A stretch of DNA of 64,000 bases from Candidatus Kaiserbacteria bacterium (GCA_026396675.1 JAPLWI010000008.1:42883-106882); one strand, 5' to 3'. Shown: positions 36,811-47,098, counted from the first letter of the stretch. Notes: a model not told the origin generated them from the letters alone. Numbers and translations: made by a program.

Positions 36811-37218
36811 TTATTTCGGGCGTTTCGCGCCATAACGTGAACGACCGCGACGACGCTTTTCAACGCCGCTTGTGTCTAGTTTGCCGCGGACAATTGTGTA
36901 TTGCACGCCGATATCTTTTACGCGGCCACCACGAAGCAGAACGACCGAGTGCTCTTGGAGATTATGTCCCATTCCTGGGATGTAGGCGGTCACTTCCATA
37001 CCATTGGTGAGACGAACGCGGGCGATCTTACGGATGGCGGAGTTCGGTTTTCGCGGGGTCTTCGTGGTTACCTTCGTGCACACTCCTCGCTTGAAGGGAG
37101 AAGGATAATAGGTCGGACGATTTGAAAGCGTATTAAAACCGCGGGCGAGCGCAAGCACGCCTGTCTTTGACGGTTTGTTCTTGCGCCCTTTTCTGGAAAG
37201 TTGATTGATCGTTGACAT
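36811..37218 (-). CDS. rpsL: 30S ribosomal protein S12 (start taken at [13 protein letters not shown])
   Basis: …[58 protein letters not shown]… matches S12. It carries a small insertion ([12 protein letters not shown]). Confidence 0.9.
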   Translation of the reverse strand: MSTINQLSRKGRKNKPSKTGVLALARGFNTLSNRPTYYPSPFKRGVCTKVTTKTPRKPNSAIRKIARVRLTNGMEVTAYIPGMGHNLQEHSVVLLRGGRVKDIGVQYTIVRGKLDTSGVEKRRRGRSRYGAKRPK

Positions 37219-37246
37219 TAAAATAAGACCCGCGAGGGTCAACGAC

Positions 37247-37275
37247 AATATAAAGGAATTGCGAGAAGAAAGCAA
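37247..37275 (-). promoter_or_regulatory. putative rpsL promoter TTGCTT-N17-TATATT (minus strand) with a short GACCC/GGGTC leader hairpin
   Basis: Read on the minus strand: TTGCTTtcttctcgcaattccttTATATT, followed by a 28-nt leader to the ATG. Confidence 0.4.
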
Positions 37276-37285
37276 CTGTGCACTC

Positions 37286-38110
37286 CTACTTCTCGTCAAT
37301 TGGTTCGCGATATGGGTCAACTGAATAAGGTCTTGAAGAAACAGGGGACAGCGGCTGAACGGGAGGAGTTGATTTCGGTTGAACTGTCGGGGGCAATATT
37401 ACTCCAGGAAGATTCGGTGGTGGAGGGGCAGTTCGTGCGGGGACAGAAAGTTTCGGCGTTGTGTTGAATTCGATATGTGGTTCTTCGCGGTCTTCTAGAA
37501 GTTTTTCGTTTGTTATCGGCTGTGGTGTAGATACGACAGGGCGCGGTTGCATTGAACTAGGTGGTGGCAATTTATTTTCCAAATGAAAATATTTCTTTGC
37601 CTCGCCAGAGCCCTGCGCGGAGGCGGGTGGCGTTTGCGGTGGAGTATAAGCCGGAACTGGCGCGTGTATTTGCGGTGGTCGCGGAATTGCAGTCGGCGTC
37701 GCACTCCACGAGCGCGGCGGCGCAGGAGGTAAATTAGAAGGTGGAGTTGGTATTTTGAGCGGTTGTTGTTTGAGTATTTCAGCTCCTTTACGCATTTCTT
37801 CTTGAAGAGGTATGAAAATCTGAGTGTTTACATCTTGAATTATGTTATTGATAGTTTGTTGACTTATATTCGCCTCTTCCACGAGCGCTTGAGTGAATTC
37901 TGCTGGATTCTCAATACCCATTAAGAGCAACATTATTTCTCGCTCAAGAATGCTCGCTTGATCAACATGGAGCGCATATTTAGTCATCAAGTTTTTCGCA
38001 ACTTCTGAATATTTTCCTTGCGCGAGATACTGCCGAATCGGCGGCGGCAATGTTTGCATCACCTCTTTGATGCTTTTTTCTAAATCCGGTTCTTGTTGTT
38101 GTGGTTCCAT
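37286..38110 (-). CDS. proline/glutamine-rich hypothetical protein (274 aa)
   Basis: A folded N-terminal ~100 aa is followed by a long Pro-rich low-complexity region ([42 protein letters not shown]…). Confidence 0.45.
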   Translation of the reverse strand: MEPQQQEPDLEKSIKEVMQTLPPPIRQYLAQGKYSEVAKNLMTKYALHVDQASILEREIMLLLMGIENPAEFTQALVEEANISQQTINNIIQDVNTQIFIPLQEEMRKGAEILKQQPLKIPTPPSNLPPAPPRSWSATPTAIPRPPQIHAPVPAYTPPQTPPASAQGSGEAKKYFHLENKLPPPSSMQPRPVVSTPQPITNEKLLEDREEPHIEFNTTPKLSVPARTAPPPPNLPGVILPPTVQPKSTPPVQPLSPVSSRPYSVDPYREPIDEK

Positions 38111-38116
38111 AGTGAA

Positions 38117-40309
38117 TTACTTTTTATCTCCTTCCTCTTTTGACTTTGCTTTTGCTTCTTCAACCTTCTTTTCAAAATTCTTCATGTAATCGCTCATACC
38201 GCCAGTTGCGTTTTCTTTCTTTTCCTCTTTACCTCCGGATTCCTTTTCTTCAGATTTTTCAAGAAGTTCTTGAATTTTATTAAAACCATACTTGTCAGCT
38301 TTCTTTCCTTTCCTTTTAATAATTTCCTTTGCTGCGTCTGTATTAGCTGCGAGGTTGATATATTTGTTAAAGAACGATTCTTGATCAAGACCGAGTTGTA
38401 GATTCTTTGCGTATTTTGCTTGAGCACCCACATTCGACTTCGCAATCTTCATCTCATTTTCTTTTGCTTCTTTTGCTTCTTCTGCTTTTGTCTTTACTGT
38501 CGCTTTTTCCTGAAGAGTTTTTTGTGCCTGCTGTAATTTCAGCTCTGCATCTCTAACGCCGAATTGGCTAGTGGTAAGATTTTTCCGCGCAACTTCAAGT
38601 TTTTGCCCAGTATCTCGTGTGACACCTCCAGGAGAGAATTGACGTTCTTGTTCTTCTTCCTTTTCAAGTCGACCGACCTCTGCTTCTTGTTTATGAAGTT
38701 CCTGTACAGCAGCTGTGCCTTCTTCACGCGCCGAATCCATTTGAGTTGATGCTGTATTATGTTCTTCTTGCGCTTTCTTTAGATTTTTTTCTGTCAGCGC
38801 AACACTTTCCTTCTCTTTCCCAGTAAGCCCTCGTCCTGTAAGTTCTGCTGCATAACTAGTTCTCTTCCCTATTCTTTCTTTTAGCTCAGCTCGATATCCA
38901 CCTTTTTGCGCCTGGCCTGCATTAATGCCACCGCCGGGGAAATTTTTTAGTGCTCCCGTACCACGAACATCAAAGCTTCCTTTAGCAGCACGATCAAGAC
39001 CTTTTACGACTCCTGTTCCTAGAAGGGGTATACTCGCAAACCGCGTATTGCGCAGACCTCTAGCGGCTTTATTAGCGCCCCACCCAACCGTAGAGCGCAT
39101 ACCAAAAGCAGTTGCGCCAAACGAAAGTTTTCCTGCGGTTTTTGATGCCCAGTCAGCACCGATGGCGCCCAATTTTTTTGAAAAGACAACAACAGAGAGA
39201 AGCAATCCCATTGCGACAAGGAAAGAAAGTAAGAGACCAGCAAAACCAGTGATACCTCCAGGAATAAAGATACTGTCCCATCCTGTATTTTTATCTACGC
39301 CAAATCCAGTAAGGAACTGCACATCGGTAATGACAGCGAGCGCTATATAGAGCAAAAGAAGCAAAATCGGAGCAGTAATAGTTTGTTCAATAAGCATATC
39401 TTTCCACTGCTTCGCTATGCCGGAGAGTTTAGGTATCGCATAACCAGCGAAACCGATTGGCGCGATAATAATAACGAAAATCAGTATGACGAATCGTGAA
39501 ATGAGTATGAATGAGAGCGAAAACATCACGAATGCCGTGACGAGAAAAAGTAAGATACCCATAAAACCGATAAACCACGGATTAGCGCCACTGAAAATTG
39601 CCGTATTTGTAACCGCTTTACCATAGATGGACTGAAGCCCCAACTGCCCCATAATCTTGCTCGAGATACCATTGCTCGTAGCATTTTTTATGTTATCAAA
39701 ATTTAAATCTTGTGCTCCAGCTGGATTGCCGCCGTTGATCTGCGTATAAAATTGCGTTGCAAAAAGATTCCCTGTATCAACCACCGCTTCAGAGATGAAA
39801 AGTGAAAAATTGAGAAAGACGGCGGATATGAGTAATGTTGGAAGCATCTTGGTTCCCCATCCGAATTTTTCTGTATTCAGAATAGTTGAAATACCGACGG
39901 CGAGAAAACCGAATATGAGAATAATATTGCCAATATCGCGCAATATCCTCCAAACAACACCGACAGCTGTGAGATTGTTCACATATTTCCCCATCGTAAC
40001 GACGGTGTAGTACACTGCGTTATCCAGCGTAATCGCTGCAACTCCAACGAGCCAGGCAAATAGACCCATAATCCTAACCATCACGCCGTCGTAGGCGGAA
40101 TCCATACTTTGATTGAATTGAGTTGGATTTTGCGCGCCAGCGGCTGGTGTTGCCGCAGTTTTTGGTGTTGCTGGATTTTGAGTACTAGGAGAATCGAAAG
40201 CCGCAGCATCTCCTGCCGACTCATATTGAGCGTGCGCGGCGGGTGCAACGCCCGCCGCGCCCGTAACAAGTGCGAGTGAGATGAGAGAAATGGAAAGAAA
40301 TCGTCGCAT
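38117..40309 (-). CDS. polytopic membrane protein with signal peptide, ~7 TM helices and a ~340-aa charged coiled-coil cytoplasmic tail; VirB6/TrbL-like topology
   Basis: The signal peptide MRRFLSISLISLALVTGAAGVAPAAHA-Q is followed by a TM block (…IILIFGFLAVGISTIL…FVILIFVIIIAPIGFAGYAI…LLLSFLVAMGLLLSVVVF) and a KE-rich C-terminus. The ORF track starts 57 nt further upstream, at 40366. Confidence 0.45.
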   Translation of the reverse strand: MRRFLSISLISLALVTGAAGVAPAAHAQYESAGDAAAFDSPSTQNPATPKTAATPAAGAQNPTQFNQSMDSAYDGVMVRIMGLFAWLVGVAAITLDNAVYYTVVTMGKYVNNLTAVGVVWRILRDIGNIILIFGFLAVGISTILNTEKFGWGTKMLPTLLISAVFLNFSLFISEAVVDTGNLFATQFYTQINGGNPAGAQDLNFDNIKNATSNGISSKIMGQLGLQSIYGKAVTNTAIFSGANPWFIGFMGILLFLVTAFVMFSLSFILISRFVILIFVIIIAPIGFAGYAIPKLSGIAKQWKDMLIEQTITAPILLLLLYIALAVITDVQFLTGFGVDKNTGWDSIFIPGGITGFAGLLLSFLVAMGLLLSVVVFSKKLGAIGADWASKTAGKLSFGATAFGMRSTVGWGANKAARGLRNTRFASIPLLGTGVVKGLDRAAKGSFDVRGTGALKNFPGGGINAGQAQKGGYRAELKERIGKRTSYAAELTGRGLTGKEKESVALTEKNLKKAQEEHNTASTQMDSAREEGTAAVQELHKQEAEVGRLEKEEEQERQFSPGGVTRDTGQKLEVARKNLTTSQFGVRDAELKLQQAQKTLQEKATVKTKAEEAKEAKENEMKIAKSNVGAQAKYAKNLQLGLDQESFFNKYINLAANTDAAKEIIKRKGKKADKYGFNKIQELLEKSEEKESGGKEEKKENATGGMSDYMKNFEKKVEEAKAKSKEEGDKK

Positions 40310-40314
40310 ATAAA

Positions 40315-42042
40315 TTACCAGTAAGAACCACCGGACTCGTTGGAAGGAACGACCGGAATATCGCACGATGCCTTCAGTGAATTTGCATTCGCGCTGATGA
40401 GATTCATTTTGTCTAAAAGAGAACCGCCAGAAACAGTAAGTGATCCGGAAGGATTTGCAGATGCCGTTCCGAATGCCTGCGAATCCTGCAAAACGCTCGC
40501 GATATCGGAGCCAGTCGGCGACATCGTTTGAAGCGTTTGCATATCGGCTGCATAAATGTCGCCAGACGCCGCATCAGTAATGGAATTTTGTTCACTTTGT
40601 ACTTTTTGCGCCATAGCATTAGCGGTCGCGATGGTTGCGAATGCCGCCGCTATTTGATCAAGTACTGGCTTAATCTCGGTTGTAAGTGCCGTACGCGAAG
40701 CGGTTGCTTGTGCGTTACTGGCGCTTATGAATGGCGTTAAAATTTCTCCGGCCGAAGCATTCCCAGAGTAAGTTACGTTCAATAAGTCGTGTGCGGCAAC
40801 CGCCTGCGATGAACAGTAGCTCGCGAGCGTCGCTGCGCTAGTTGATGCTGTATTGGCTGCAGTGCTGATGGTATTCCACGCCGATTGATATTGAGAAATG
40901 CGACTTGCCATATCAGAGCCAATCGGAAGTGTTGCAGCATTTTGCGCTACGACGCTAGACGGCGTAGTGCCTAAGAATCCTGATGACTGATATTGCGAAA
41001 ACAAGGAGTTCCTATTTGACGAAGAAGTATTCCCAATACCGAGAAGACCGCCAGACGTACCGCCGCCGCCGAAAACGCTAAACGTAAGACCTGCCGTTTT
41101 TATGACCGCACCGATATTTCCTAAGATGCTGTTGATTTCAGAAGCCGTGCTCCCCATCTTGACGAGCTTGTCCTGGTCGGTGCCGAGGGCTTTATCCAGA
41201 GATGATTTTATGATCGAGCCGGGCGTTTGAATCTTGCCAGGCGAACCGTCTTTGTTTGTACAAGGATCACCAGAGCTGGAAGTGGAGCTGCCGCCGCACC
41301 ATGATTCAAAGCCCTGTCCCCAATTAAGCTCTGTGATGCGAGTGGACTGCGCGCCGCTGACAACAGAAGCGAGCTCGTTCTGCGAATTTTGATAGAGAGT
41401 GTAAGGATTATTCTGATTCTGTGTAGTGAGTGCAAACCATTCTTTTACGCCGCCTTGCGACCAATCGCCAGCGAGAAACTTATTAACATTCGGCGACGAT
41501 TTGGCGAGTGTGCATTGATTGGCGGCGAAGAATCCTGCCATACTCGTATTCTGAAGATAATTTGTGGTAAGAGAGGAAGTAATTGAGGCGGCGAAAGGTG
41601 AGTTGAGACCTTTTAGTCGCGCAAAAAAAGCGAGTGCCTGCGTGTCGCCGACTGTTTGGAGTGTCCCCGGCAAATTTGTCACAAACTGTGCTTTGCCAGA
41701 GCCGTTAGTATTTCCATTTACGAATCCAACTACACTCGCGGTAATTGACTTCAGTAAATTTCCTGACAACGCGAATGCAAGCGGCTGAAGCACGTAGGAG
41801 TTGACCTGTTGTGCGACGGTCGCGGCGGCGATGACGGGAGCTGCAATGGCCGTAATGGTATTCTTAACGGCGCTGATGGTGCTCTCTAATGTGGTTTTAA
41901 TATTTGTATATAAATTTGGTCCAATTTCTTCTACTGCTTCCTGCGCACGAACTTGTTGCGGTGCAATTAGAAAAACAGAAGGTGCAACAAGTGTAATAGT
42001 GAGGAGTATTGCAAGTGCCGATATTGAAAAGTGCGATTTCAT
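40315..42042 (-). CDS. secreted low-complexity (Ser/Thr/Ala/Asn/Gly-rich) protein, 575 aa
   Basis: The signal peptide is MKSHFSISALAILLTITLVAPSVFLIAPQQVRA. The composition is biased, with no recognisable enzymatic motif. It overlaps the upstream gene by 4 nt. Confidence 0.45.
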   Translation of the reverse strand: MKSHFSISALAILLTITLVAPSVFLIAPQQVRAQEAVEEIGPNLYTNIKTTLESTISAVKNTITAIAAPVIAAATVAQQVNSYVLQPLAFALSGNLLKSITASVVGFVNGNTNGSGKAQFVTNLPGTLQTVGDTQALAFFARLKGLNSPFAASITSSLTTNYLQNTSMAGFFAANQCTLAKSSPNVNKFLAGDWSQGGVKEWFALTTQNQNNPYTLYQNSQNELASVVSGAQSTRITELNWGQGFESWCGGSSTSSSGDPCTNKDGSPGKIQTPGSIIKSSLDKALGTDQDKLVKMGSTASEINSILGNIGAVIKTAGLTFSVFGGGGTSGGLLGIGNTSSSNRNSLFSQYQSSGFLGTTPSSVVAQNAATLPIGSDMASRISQYQSAWNTISTAANTASTSAATLASYCSSQAVAAHDLLNVTYSGNASAGEILTPFISASNAQATASRTALTTEIKPVLDQIAAAFATIATANAMAQKVQSEQNSITDAASGDIYAADMQTLQTMSPTGSDIASVLQDSQAFGTASANPSGSLTVSGGSLLDKMNLISANANSLKASCDIPVVPSNESGGSYW

Positions 42043-43064
42043 GATTTTTGTTTTGCCGTCATATCACTTATGAGATTTACGAGAGAGGCGCCAGGAGTAT
42101 CTTTTGTGAGAGAAATGCCGGCATTTGCGTATATTTCTCCAATATTTATAAACGCATTTCTGAGTGCGAGTACCGCCTGCGGATACTGGTTTAGTGCGAG
42201 GATAGTTGCCAAAGGATCGTCGTTCACGCGCGTGAAGTCGGTTGTTATTTCACCAATGCGCATCATCGCATTGATAAGTGCGAGGTCGGCGGTGGCGAGT
42301 TCTTTCGGCACAGGAAGAACCGCGAGTCCGGCAGCGCTATTCCGATATGCTTTCGCTATCGAAGCGATATGAGGAAGTGTGGTGGCGTCATTATTCTGAA
42401 CTGCCGATGTAAGATAATTGATTTCACTGGTTGTCGCGTTGCTAGTATTCTTCAAAAGTACAGCTTCTGCGCTTACCGCAAACGCTTTAAGTGTGTCTGT
42501 GCCGGAACCAGAAACTGTGAGGTCTTCTACTGTTTTAAAATCGGGTGCGGCGGCAATGGCTGACGAGAAAGAGTTTAATGCTTCATTTGAAATGGCTGAG
42601 ATATCGCTCTCAGAAAGTTCCTTGCCGCCGTTGGCACTCTTTGCCGAAAGATAGAGAGTAATGAAATTTTTTGCGAAAGCGGCAGTGAGAGTATCGTCGG
42701 CTGGAGCCGGCGGAAGCGAGCTGCCTACGATCGCGGACGTGTCTGGTGAAGAAGTGGCGACTTTTATATCAGCGATTGCTTTTGGTACGATAAGCCCTTT
42801 CGTAACTGCCTCACCGTCGGTCATTCCGAGATGAAGAGAATCAGCATTGTTCGGATTCGTTCCGTATAGCGCCTCTTCCCAGTTAGGAAGACCATCGTTG
42901 TCAGAATCCTTCGTCGCGATTGCTTTTAAGAGTGCCGTTTCGGCCGAGGCCTCGGCCACAGGAGGCGATGTAATGCCGCGTGCGAGCACGAATGCGCCGA
43001 TAATAAGCGCTACCGAAAAGAGCGTTGCGGCCGGAACACGCCAATGTTCGAGAATCCTTCCCAT
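42039..43064 (-). CDS. secreted protein with a thrombospondin-type-3-like Ca-binding motif DSDNDGLPNWEE (start taken at MGRILEHW; the ORF track extends to 43205)
   Basis: It has a signal-anchor (AATLFSVALIIGAFVLARG) and a DxDxDG motif. It is the first gene of a three-gene minus-strand operon. Confidence 0.45.
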   Translation of the reverse strand: MGRILEHWRVPAATLFSVALIIGAFVLARGITSPPVAEASAETALLKAIATKDSDNDGLPNWEEALYGTNPNNADSLHLGMTDGEAVTKGLIVPKAIADIKVATSSPDTSAIVGSSLPPAPADDTLTAAFAKNFITLYLSAKSANGGKELSESDISAISNEALNSFSSAIAAAPDFKTVEDLTVSGSGTDTLKAFAVSAEAVLLKNTSNATTSEINYLTSAVQNNDATTLPHIASIAKAYRNSAAGLAVLPVPKELATADLALINAMMRIGEITTDFTRVNDDPLATILALNQYPQAVLALRNAFINIGEIYANAGISLTKDTPGASLVNLISDMTAKQKS

Positions 43065-43129
43065 GGTACTTCCATTTAGTATAACAGTCGTGGAAAGAGA
43101 GTGGGTACGGAATTGGTATAAATAGTGTA

Positions 43130-43879
43130 TTAGACCTTGCTCAAAGTAAGCCAATCGGAAAGCGGCACGTCTTCTGCACGTGCTTTTTCTGGAATATTGC
43201 CGCACGGAAGTCCAGCATCTTCTAAATTGCTTCGTACAAATTTACGCTTATGTGCAAATCCGGCGTGAATGAGCTTGAAAAATTGCTGTTCCGATTCTTG
43301 TGAATAAAAATTCATGCGTGAAATATCGCGAATAGTTAGTACAGCCGAATCAACTTTCGGCGCGGGTTTGAATGCCCCGCGTGGAACTGTGAATTCATAT
43401 TTTGGTGTGCCGTATGCTTTTACCGAAAGCGATAAAATGCTTTCCTTCTTATCTCGGGCGATTCTCTCTGCCACCTCTTTTTGCACTAGAAGTGTCATTG
43501 CGCTCGGCTGGTTTTCTGATTCAAGAAACATTCTAAAAATCTCTCCGGTGAGATAATACGGAATGTTCGCAACGAGAGTGTAACATTTGGGGAATGTAGA
43601 AATATCAAAAGTACGAATATCGCCATGAATGAGTTCTAATCGTCCTGAAGCAATTTCATTTGCAAAATCAATTTGCAGTTTTTCAAAAAGTTCTTTGTCC
43701 GCTTCAATCGCGATAACTTTGCCCGCCCGCTGCAGCAGCGGGCGGGTGAGCATTCCAGTACCAGGACCAATTTCGAGTACTGTCGCGCCCGACGCTATCT
43801 TTGCGGTGTCCGCAATGCGCTTCGCAATGTGCGCATGCATCAAGAAATTTTGCCCGAGCGATTTTTTTGCGTATGTCAT
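43130..43879 (-). CDS. rsmA: 16S rRNA (adenine1518/1519-N6)-dimethyltransferase
   Basis: KKSLGQNFLMHAHIAKRIADTAKIASGATVLEIGPGTGMLTRPLL… and the following region, which contains NIPY, match KsgA. Confidence 0.9.
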   Translation of the reverse strand: MTYAKKSLGQNFLMHAHIAKRIADTAKIASGATVLEIGPGTGMLTRPLLQRAGKVIAIEADKELFEKLQIDFANEIASGRLELIHGDIRTFDISTFPKCYTLVANIPYYLTGEIFRMFLESENQPSAMTLLVQKEVAERIARDKKESILSLSVKAYGTPKYEFTVPRGAFKPAPKVDSAVLTIRDISRMNFYSQESEQQFFKLIHAGFAHKRKFVRSNLEDAGLPCGNIPEKARAEDVPLSDWLTLSKV

Positions 43880-45837
43880 AGAATAACCGTCTCTTTTTCA
43901 TCTTCATCATAAAGCATAAGCGACGAATCAATATCAGCGAGAAAAGAAGATGGCTCTGTCAGAAAATCATTTCCATAAATTTTACGAACGCGCGCCAAGG
44001 TGAGAAAAAGTCGTTCTTTCGCGCGCGTCATCGCGACATAAAAGAGCCGCCGCTCTTCTTCTTCATCTCTATCTTTGTTTCCCATCCCACTGTGCGGGAA
44101 TAACCCCTCTTCCATACCGCTGATAAAAACCGTGTTGAATTCGAGACCCTTTGCCGCGTGCACAGTCATCAAGGTGACTCCTGCCCTCAAGGAGTCACCT
44201 CGCTGCGAGGTGTCACCTTGATGAAGATCCATCTCGTCCTGGTCGCTTGCGAGAGCGGTTTCAGCAAGAAATAAAGCAATGCTTTCTTTACCTTTAACTG
44301 CGTCATGCCGCGTAGCGACTGAGGCGAGCTCTTCAACATTTTCAAATCGTTCTCTATCCTCCTCGCTTCCTTCGTCAGAAAGCGCCAGGTGCATGCCGCT
44401 CTTTTCAATCACCATTTTTACAAATTCAGAAGGGGTGAGCGATTCGGCGGCGAGTGAAAGTTCTGTAATAACACGTTCAAACTTTTCAACTTTTTCGAGT
44501 TCGCCTGCGCGCAGTTGTGCGCGCTGCCCCGCCGCGAGTTTCCCGAGCGTTATGTGACCAATCCCGCGTGGCGGCGAAGTCACCGCGCGAATTTTATCAA
44601 CTTCGCGCGATGGATCTAGTGCGAGTCGTATCCACGCGAGCACATCTTTCACTTCTTTACGTGCGAAAAAATGCGTGCCGAGTAATCTGTATGGTACTCC
44701 TGCATTAAGAAGACCTTCTTCTAATGCCCGCGATTGGAAATTAGTTCGGAAAAGTATCGCAATCTCTTCGGGCTTAATGCCACTTTGCATTAATTCACGA
44801 ACTTTCGCAGCAATCCAGCGCGCTTCATCTTCGGCAGAACGCGTCATATGAATCACGATGGGTTCACCTGTAGGGCGTTCTGTTTTTGAAAATTTTTCTT
44901 TGCGATTTTTATTTTTCTCAATAACAGCGTTCGCCGCATTAACTAAATTTTTTGTTGAACGATAATTTTGTTCCAAAATAATTGTCTGTGCCTTTGGATA
45001 GGTCTTATCAAACTCCAGTAGATTTTCAATAGTCGCGCCGCGCCATGTATAAATTGTTTGATCTATATCGCCGACAACGAAAAGATTTTTGTGTTTTGCC
45101 GCTAGTATATTCGCGAGACGCCCTTGGAGCGCATTTGTGTCCTGATATTCGTCAATATGAATATAACGCCAGCGATTCTGCGCCAATTCGCGAACATCGG
45201 CGTGTGTTTCAAGCAACCGTACCGGAAGAGCGATAAGATCATCAAAATCAAACGCCTTTTCTTCTTTCAGAGTGTTTTCATATCTGCGCCATGCTTCTGC
45301 AGTAATGCGATTGCCGAAACCTGATCGCGCGTGCTTCTCATAAAATTCATCGACCGTTATTCCCTCCCCTTTCGCGCGTGAAATACGTCCGAGTATGGCT
45401 CGCGGAGAAAATTCTTTTGCTCCAACATCGAGCGCTTTCAATGCTTTCGCAATTGCCTTTTCCGAATCGTTGCGGTCGTACACACTGAAAAAACGCGGGA
45501 CTTTAATTACATTTCCATAATTTTCTAAAAGCTCACGACCAAGGCCATGAAAGGTTGCGATAAAAGGCAATGACGACTTTTCTTCTGTTCCAAGCATATG
45601 CTGGACTCGTTGTCGCATCTCGCGAGCGGCTTTATTGGTGAAAGTCACCGCGAGAATCTGGTCGGCCAGTACTCCCTCGCGGATAAGGTGATAAATGCGC
45701 GTCGTGAGCACACGCGTTTTCCCGCTACCGGCACCAGCGAGCACGGAAATTGGGCCATCGGTCGCCAACACCGCGCGTTTTTGTTCCTCATTTAATCCTT
45801 CAAGGTATTTCACTATCGGACTATACCGCAAAATCAC
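43876..45837 (-). CDS. pcrA: ATP-dependent DNA helicase, UvrD/PcrA family
   Basis: LNEEQKRAVLATDGPISVLAGAGSGKTRVLTTRIYHLI… and helicase motifs I-VI are present. Confidence 0.9.
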   Translation of the reverse strand: MILRYSPIVKYLEGLNEEQKRAVLATDGPISVLAGAGSGKTRVLTTRIYHLIREGVLADQILAVTFTNKAAREMRQRVQHMLGTEEKSSLPFIATFHGLGRELLENYGNVIKVPRFFSVYDRNDSEKAIAKALKALDVGAKEFSPRAILGRISRAKGEGITVDEFYEKHARSGFGNRITAEAWRRYENTLKEEKAFDFDDLIALPVRLLETHADVRELAQNRWRYIHIDEYQDTNALQGRLANILAAKHKNLFVVGDIDQTIYTWRGATIENLLEFDKTYPKAQTIILEQNYRSTKNLVNAANAVIEKNKNRKEKFSKTERPTGEPIVIHMTRSAEDEARWIAAKVRELMQSGIKPEEIAILFRTNFQSRALEEGLLNAGVPYRLLGTHFFARKEVKDVLAWIRLALDPSREVDKIRAVTSPPRGIGHITLGKLAAGQRAQLRAGELEKVEKFERVITELSLAAESLTPSEFVKMVIEKSGMHLALSDEGSEEDRERFENVEELASVATRHDAVKGKESIALFLAETALASDQDEMDLHQGDTSQRGDSLRAGVTLMTVHAAKGLEFNTVFISGMEEGLFPHSGMGNKDRDEEEERRLFYVAMTRAKERLFLTLARVRKIYGNDFLTEPSSFLADIDSSLMLYDEDEKETVIL

Positions 45838-46215
45838 TCTCCACAGACGTCTGATAAGTCGGTTGACTCACGGTTCTCACTAGTTATACTTCTGGTATCG
45901 CTGATTAGATTGTATGAAAGAAATGGCTTATGTCTTGTATATAAGCCATTTTTGTATGCGCTGACCCACCGTCTTCTCTAAGTTTCCATTAATTTCAACC
46001 AAAAAATTCTCATATTAGGATTCGCGGGTTTAACGGCCACTGCGGCATTCTTACCGAATCATGCAGACGCCTTTTGGCCTTTTTCTACGAACGCAAGTGC
46101 GGCAGCGAATGTTTTTATACCCACTTCTTCAACGCCGACGCTCCATGCCGCAATAAATTTTGACCCGAATCCGAATAAGGGTTTCGGCGACATTGTTCAA
46201 ACAAGTGACAACGCA

Positions 46216-47043
46216 ATGATTGCTTACACCGGTCCGTCGGGTACGATTGCCGATGTTGCGAGTTCTACGCCATCTGACCGTATTTCAATCTATGTCGTGC
46301 GCCCGGGCGATACTCTTTCAGATATCGCGGATATGTTCGACGTCTCGATAAATACCATTATTTGGGCTAATAATCTCTCTGGAGTAAAAGATGCTCATCC
46401 GGGCGATACACTCATAATTCTTCCGATTTCTGGCATTAAACGCACTATTGTAAAAGGTGACACATTTAAATCACTTGCAAAAAAATATGGCGCTGATGCA
46501 AAGGAAATCGCGCAATTCAATGGCCTTGATTTGTCAGAACCGCTCGCGATTGGTTCAACGATTATTATCCCTGGCGGAGAGGTCGCACCTGTGGCGCCAA
46601 AAAGTTCATCGCGTCGCGTAGCAAGTGAGCCGTATATTGGCGGAAGCGGCAGCGCACAGACCGGTTACTATAGTAATCCTGTGCCTGGTGCTCTTATCAC
46701 GCAGAGAGTTCATGGTTGGAATGCTGTAGATCTCGGGGCCGCGCGTGGCACGCCGATTCATGCTGCCGCTGATGGCACTATTATCATCGCGCGCAGTAAT
46801 GGCGGTTGGAATGGTGGTTACGGTAATTATGTCGTCATCACGCACGAGAATGGCACTCAAACACTGTATGGCCACATGACGCACGCAATTGTTTCGTCTG
46901 GGCAGTCGGTTTCATCCGGTCAGGTTATTGGCTATGTCGGGTCAACTGGCGAATCCACTGGACCGCACCTCCACTTTGAAGTCCGTGGTGCAACTAATCC
47001 ATTCCGCAATTGCCGAGTCGGCAGCGTTTGTTCTCCTCAATAG
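46216..47043 (+). CDS. LysM (x2) + M23 family metallopeptidase (cell-wall hydrolase); the true start is probably upstream and non-canonical
   Basis: Two LysM motifs (YVVRPGDTLSDIADMFDVSINTIIWANNL; VKGDTFKSLAKKYGADAKEIAQFNGL) and an M23 core (…VDLGAARGTPIHAAADGTIIIARSNGGWNGGYGNYVVITHENGTQTLYGHMTH…) are present. An in-frame upstream region encodes a signal-peptide-like segment. Confidence 0.8.
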   Translation: MIAYTGPSGTIADVASSTPSDRISIYVVRPGDTLSDIADMFDVSINTIIWANNLSGVKDAHPGDTLIILPISGIKRTIVKGDTFKSLAKKYGADAKEIAQFNGLDLSEPLAIGSTIIIPGGEVAPVAPKSSSRRVASEPYIGGSGSAQTGYYSNPVPGALITQRVHGWNAVDLGAARGTPIHAAADGTIIIARSNGGWNGGYGNYVVITHENGTQTLYGHMTHAIVSSGQSVSSGQVIGYVGSTGESTGPHLHFEVRGATNPFRNCRVGSVCSPQ

Positions 47044-47062
47044 ATTTTCGGCATAGAAACAA

Positions 47063-47095
47063 ATCCCCGCGGTGCCTTCGGCGCCCCGCGGGGAT
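47063..47095. terminator. bidirectional terminator ATCCCCGCGG-(12 nt)-CCGCGGGGAT
   Basis: A 10-bp GC stem between the convergent M23 peptidase (+) and comM (-) genes. Confidence 0.7.
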
Positions 47096-47098
47096 CTG

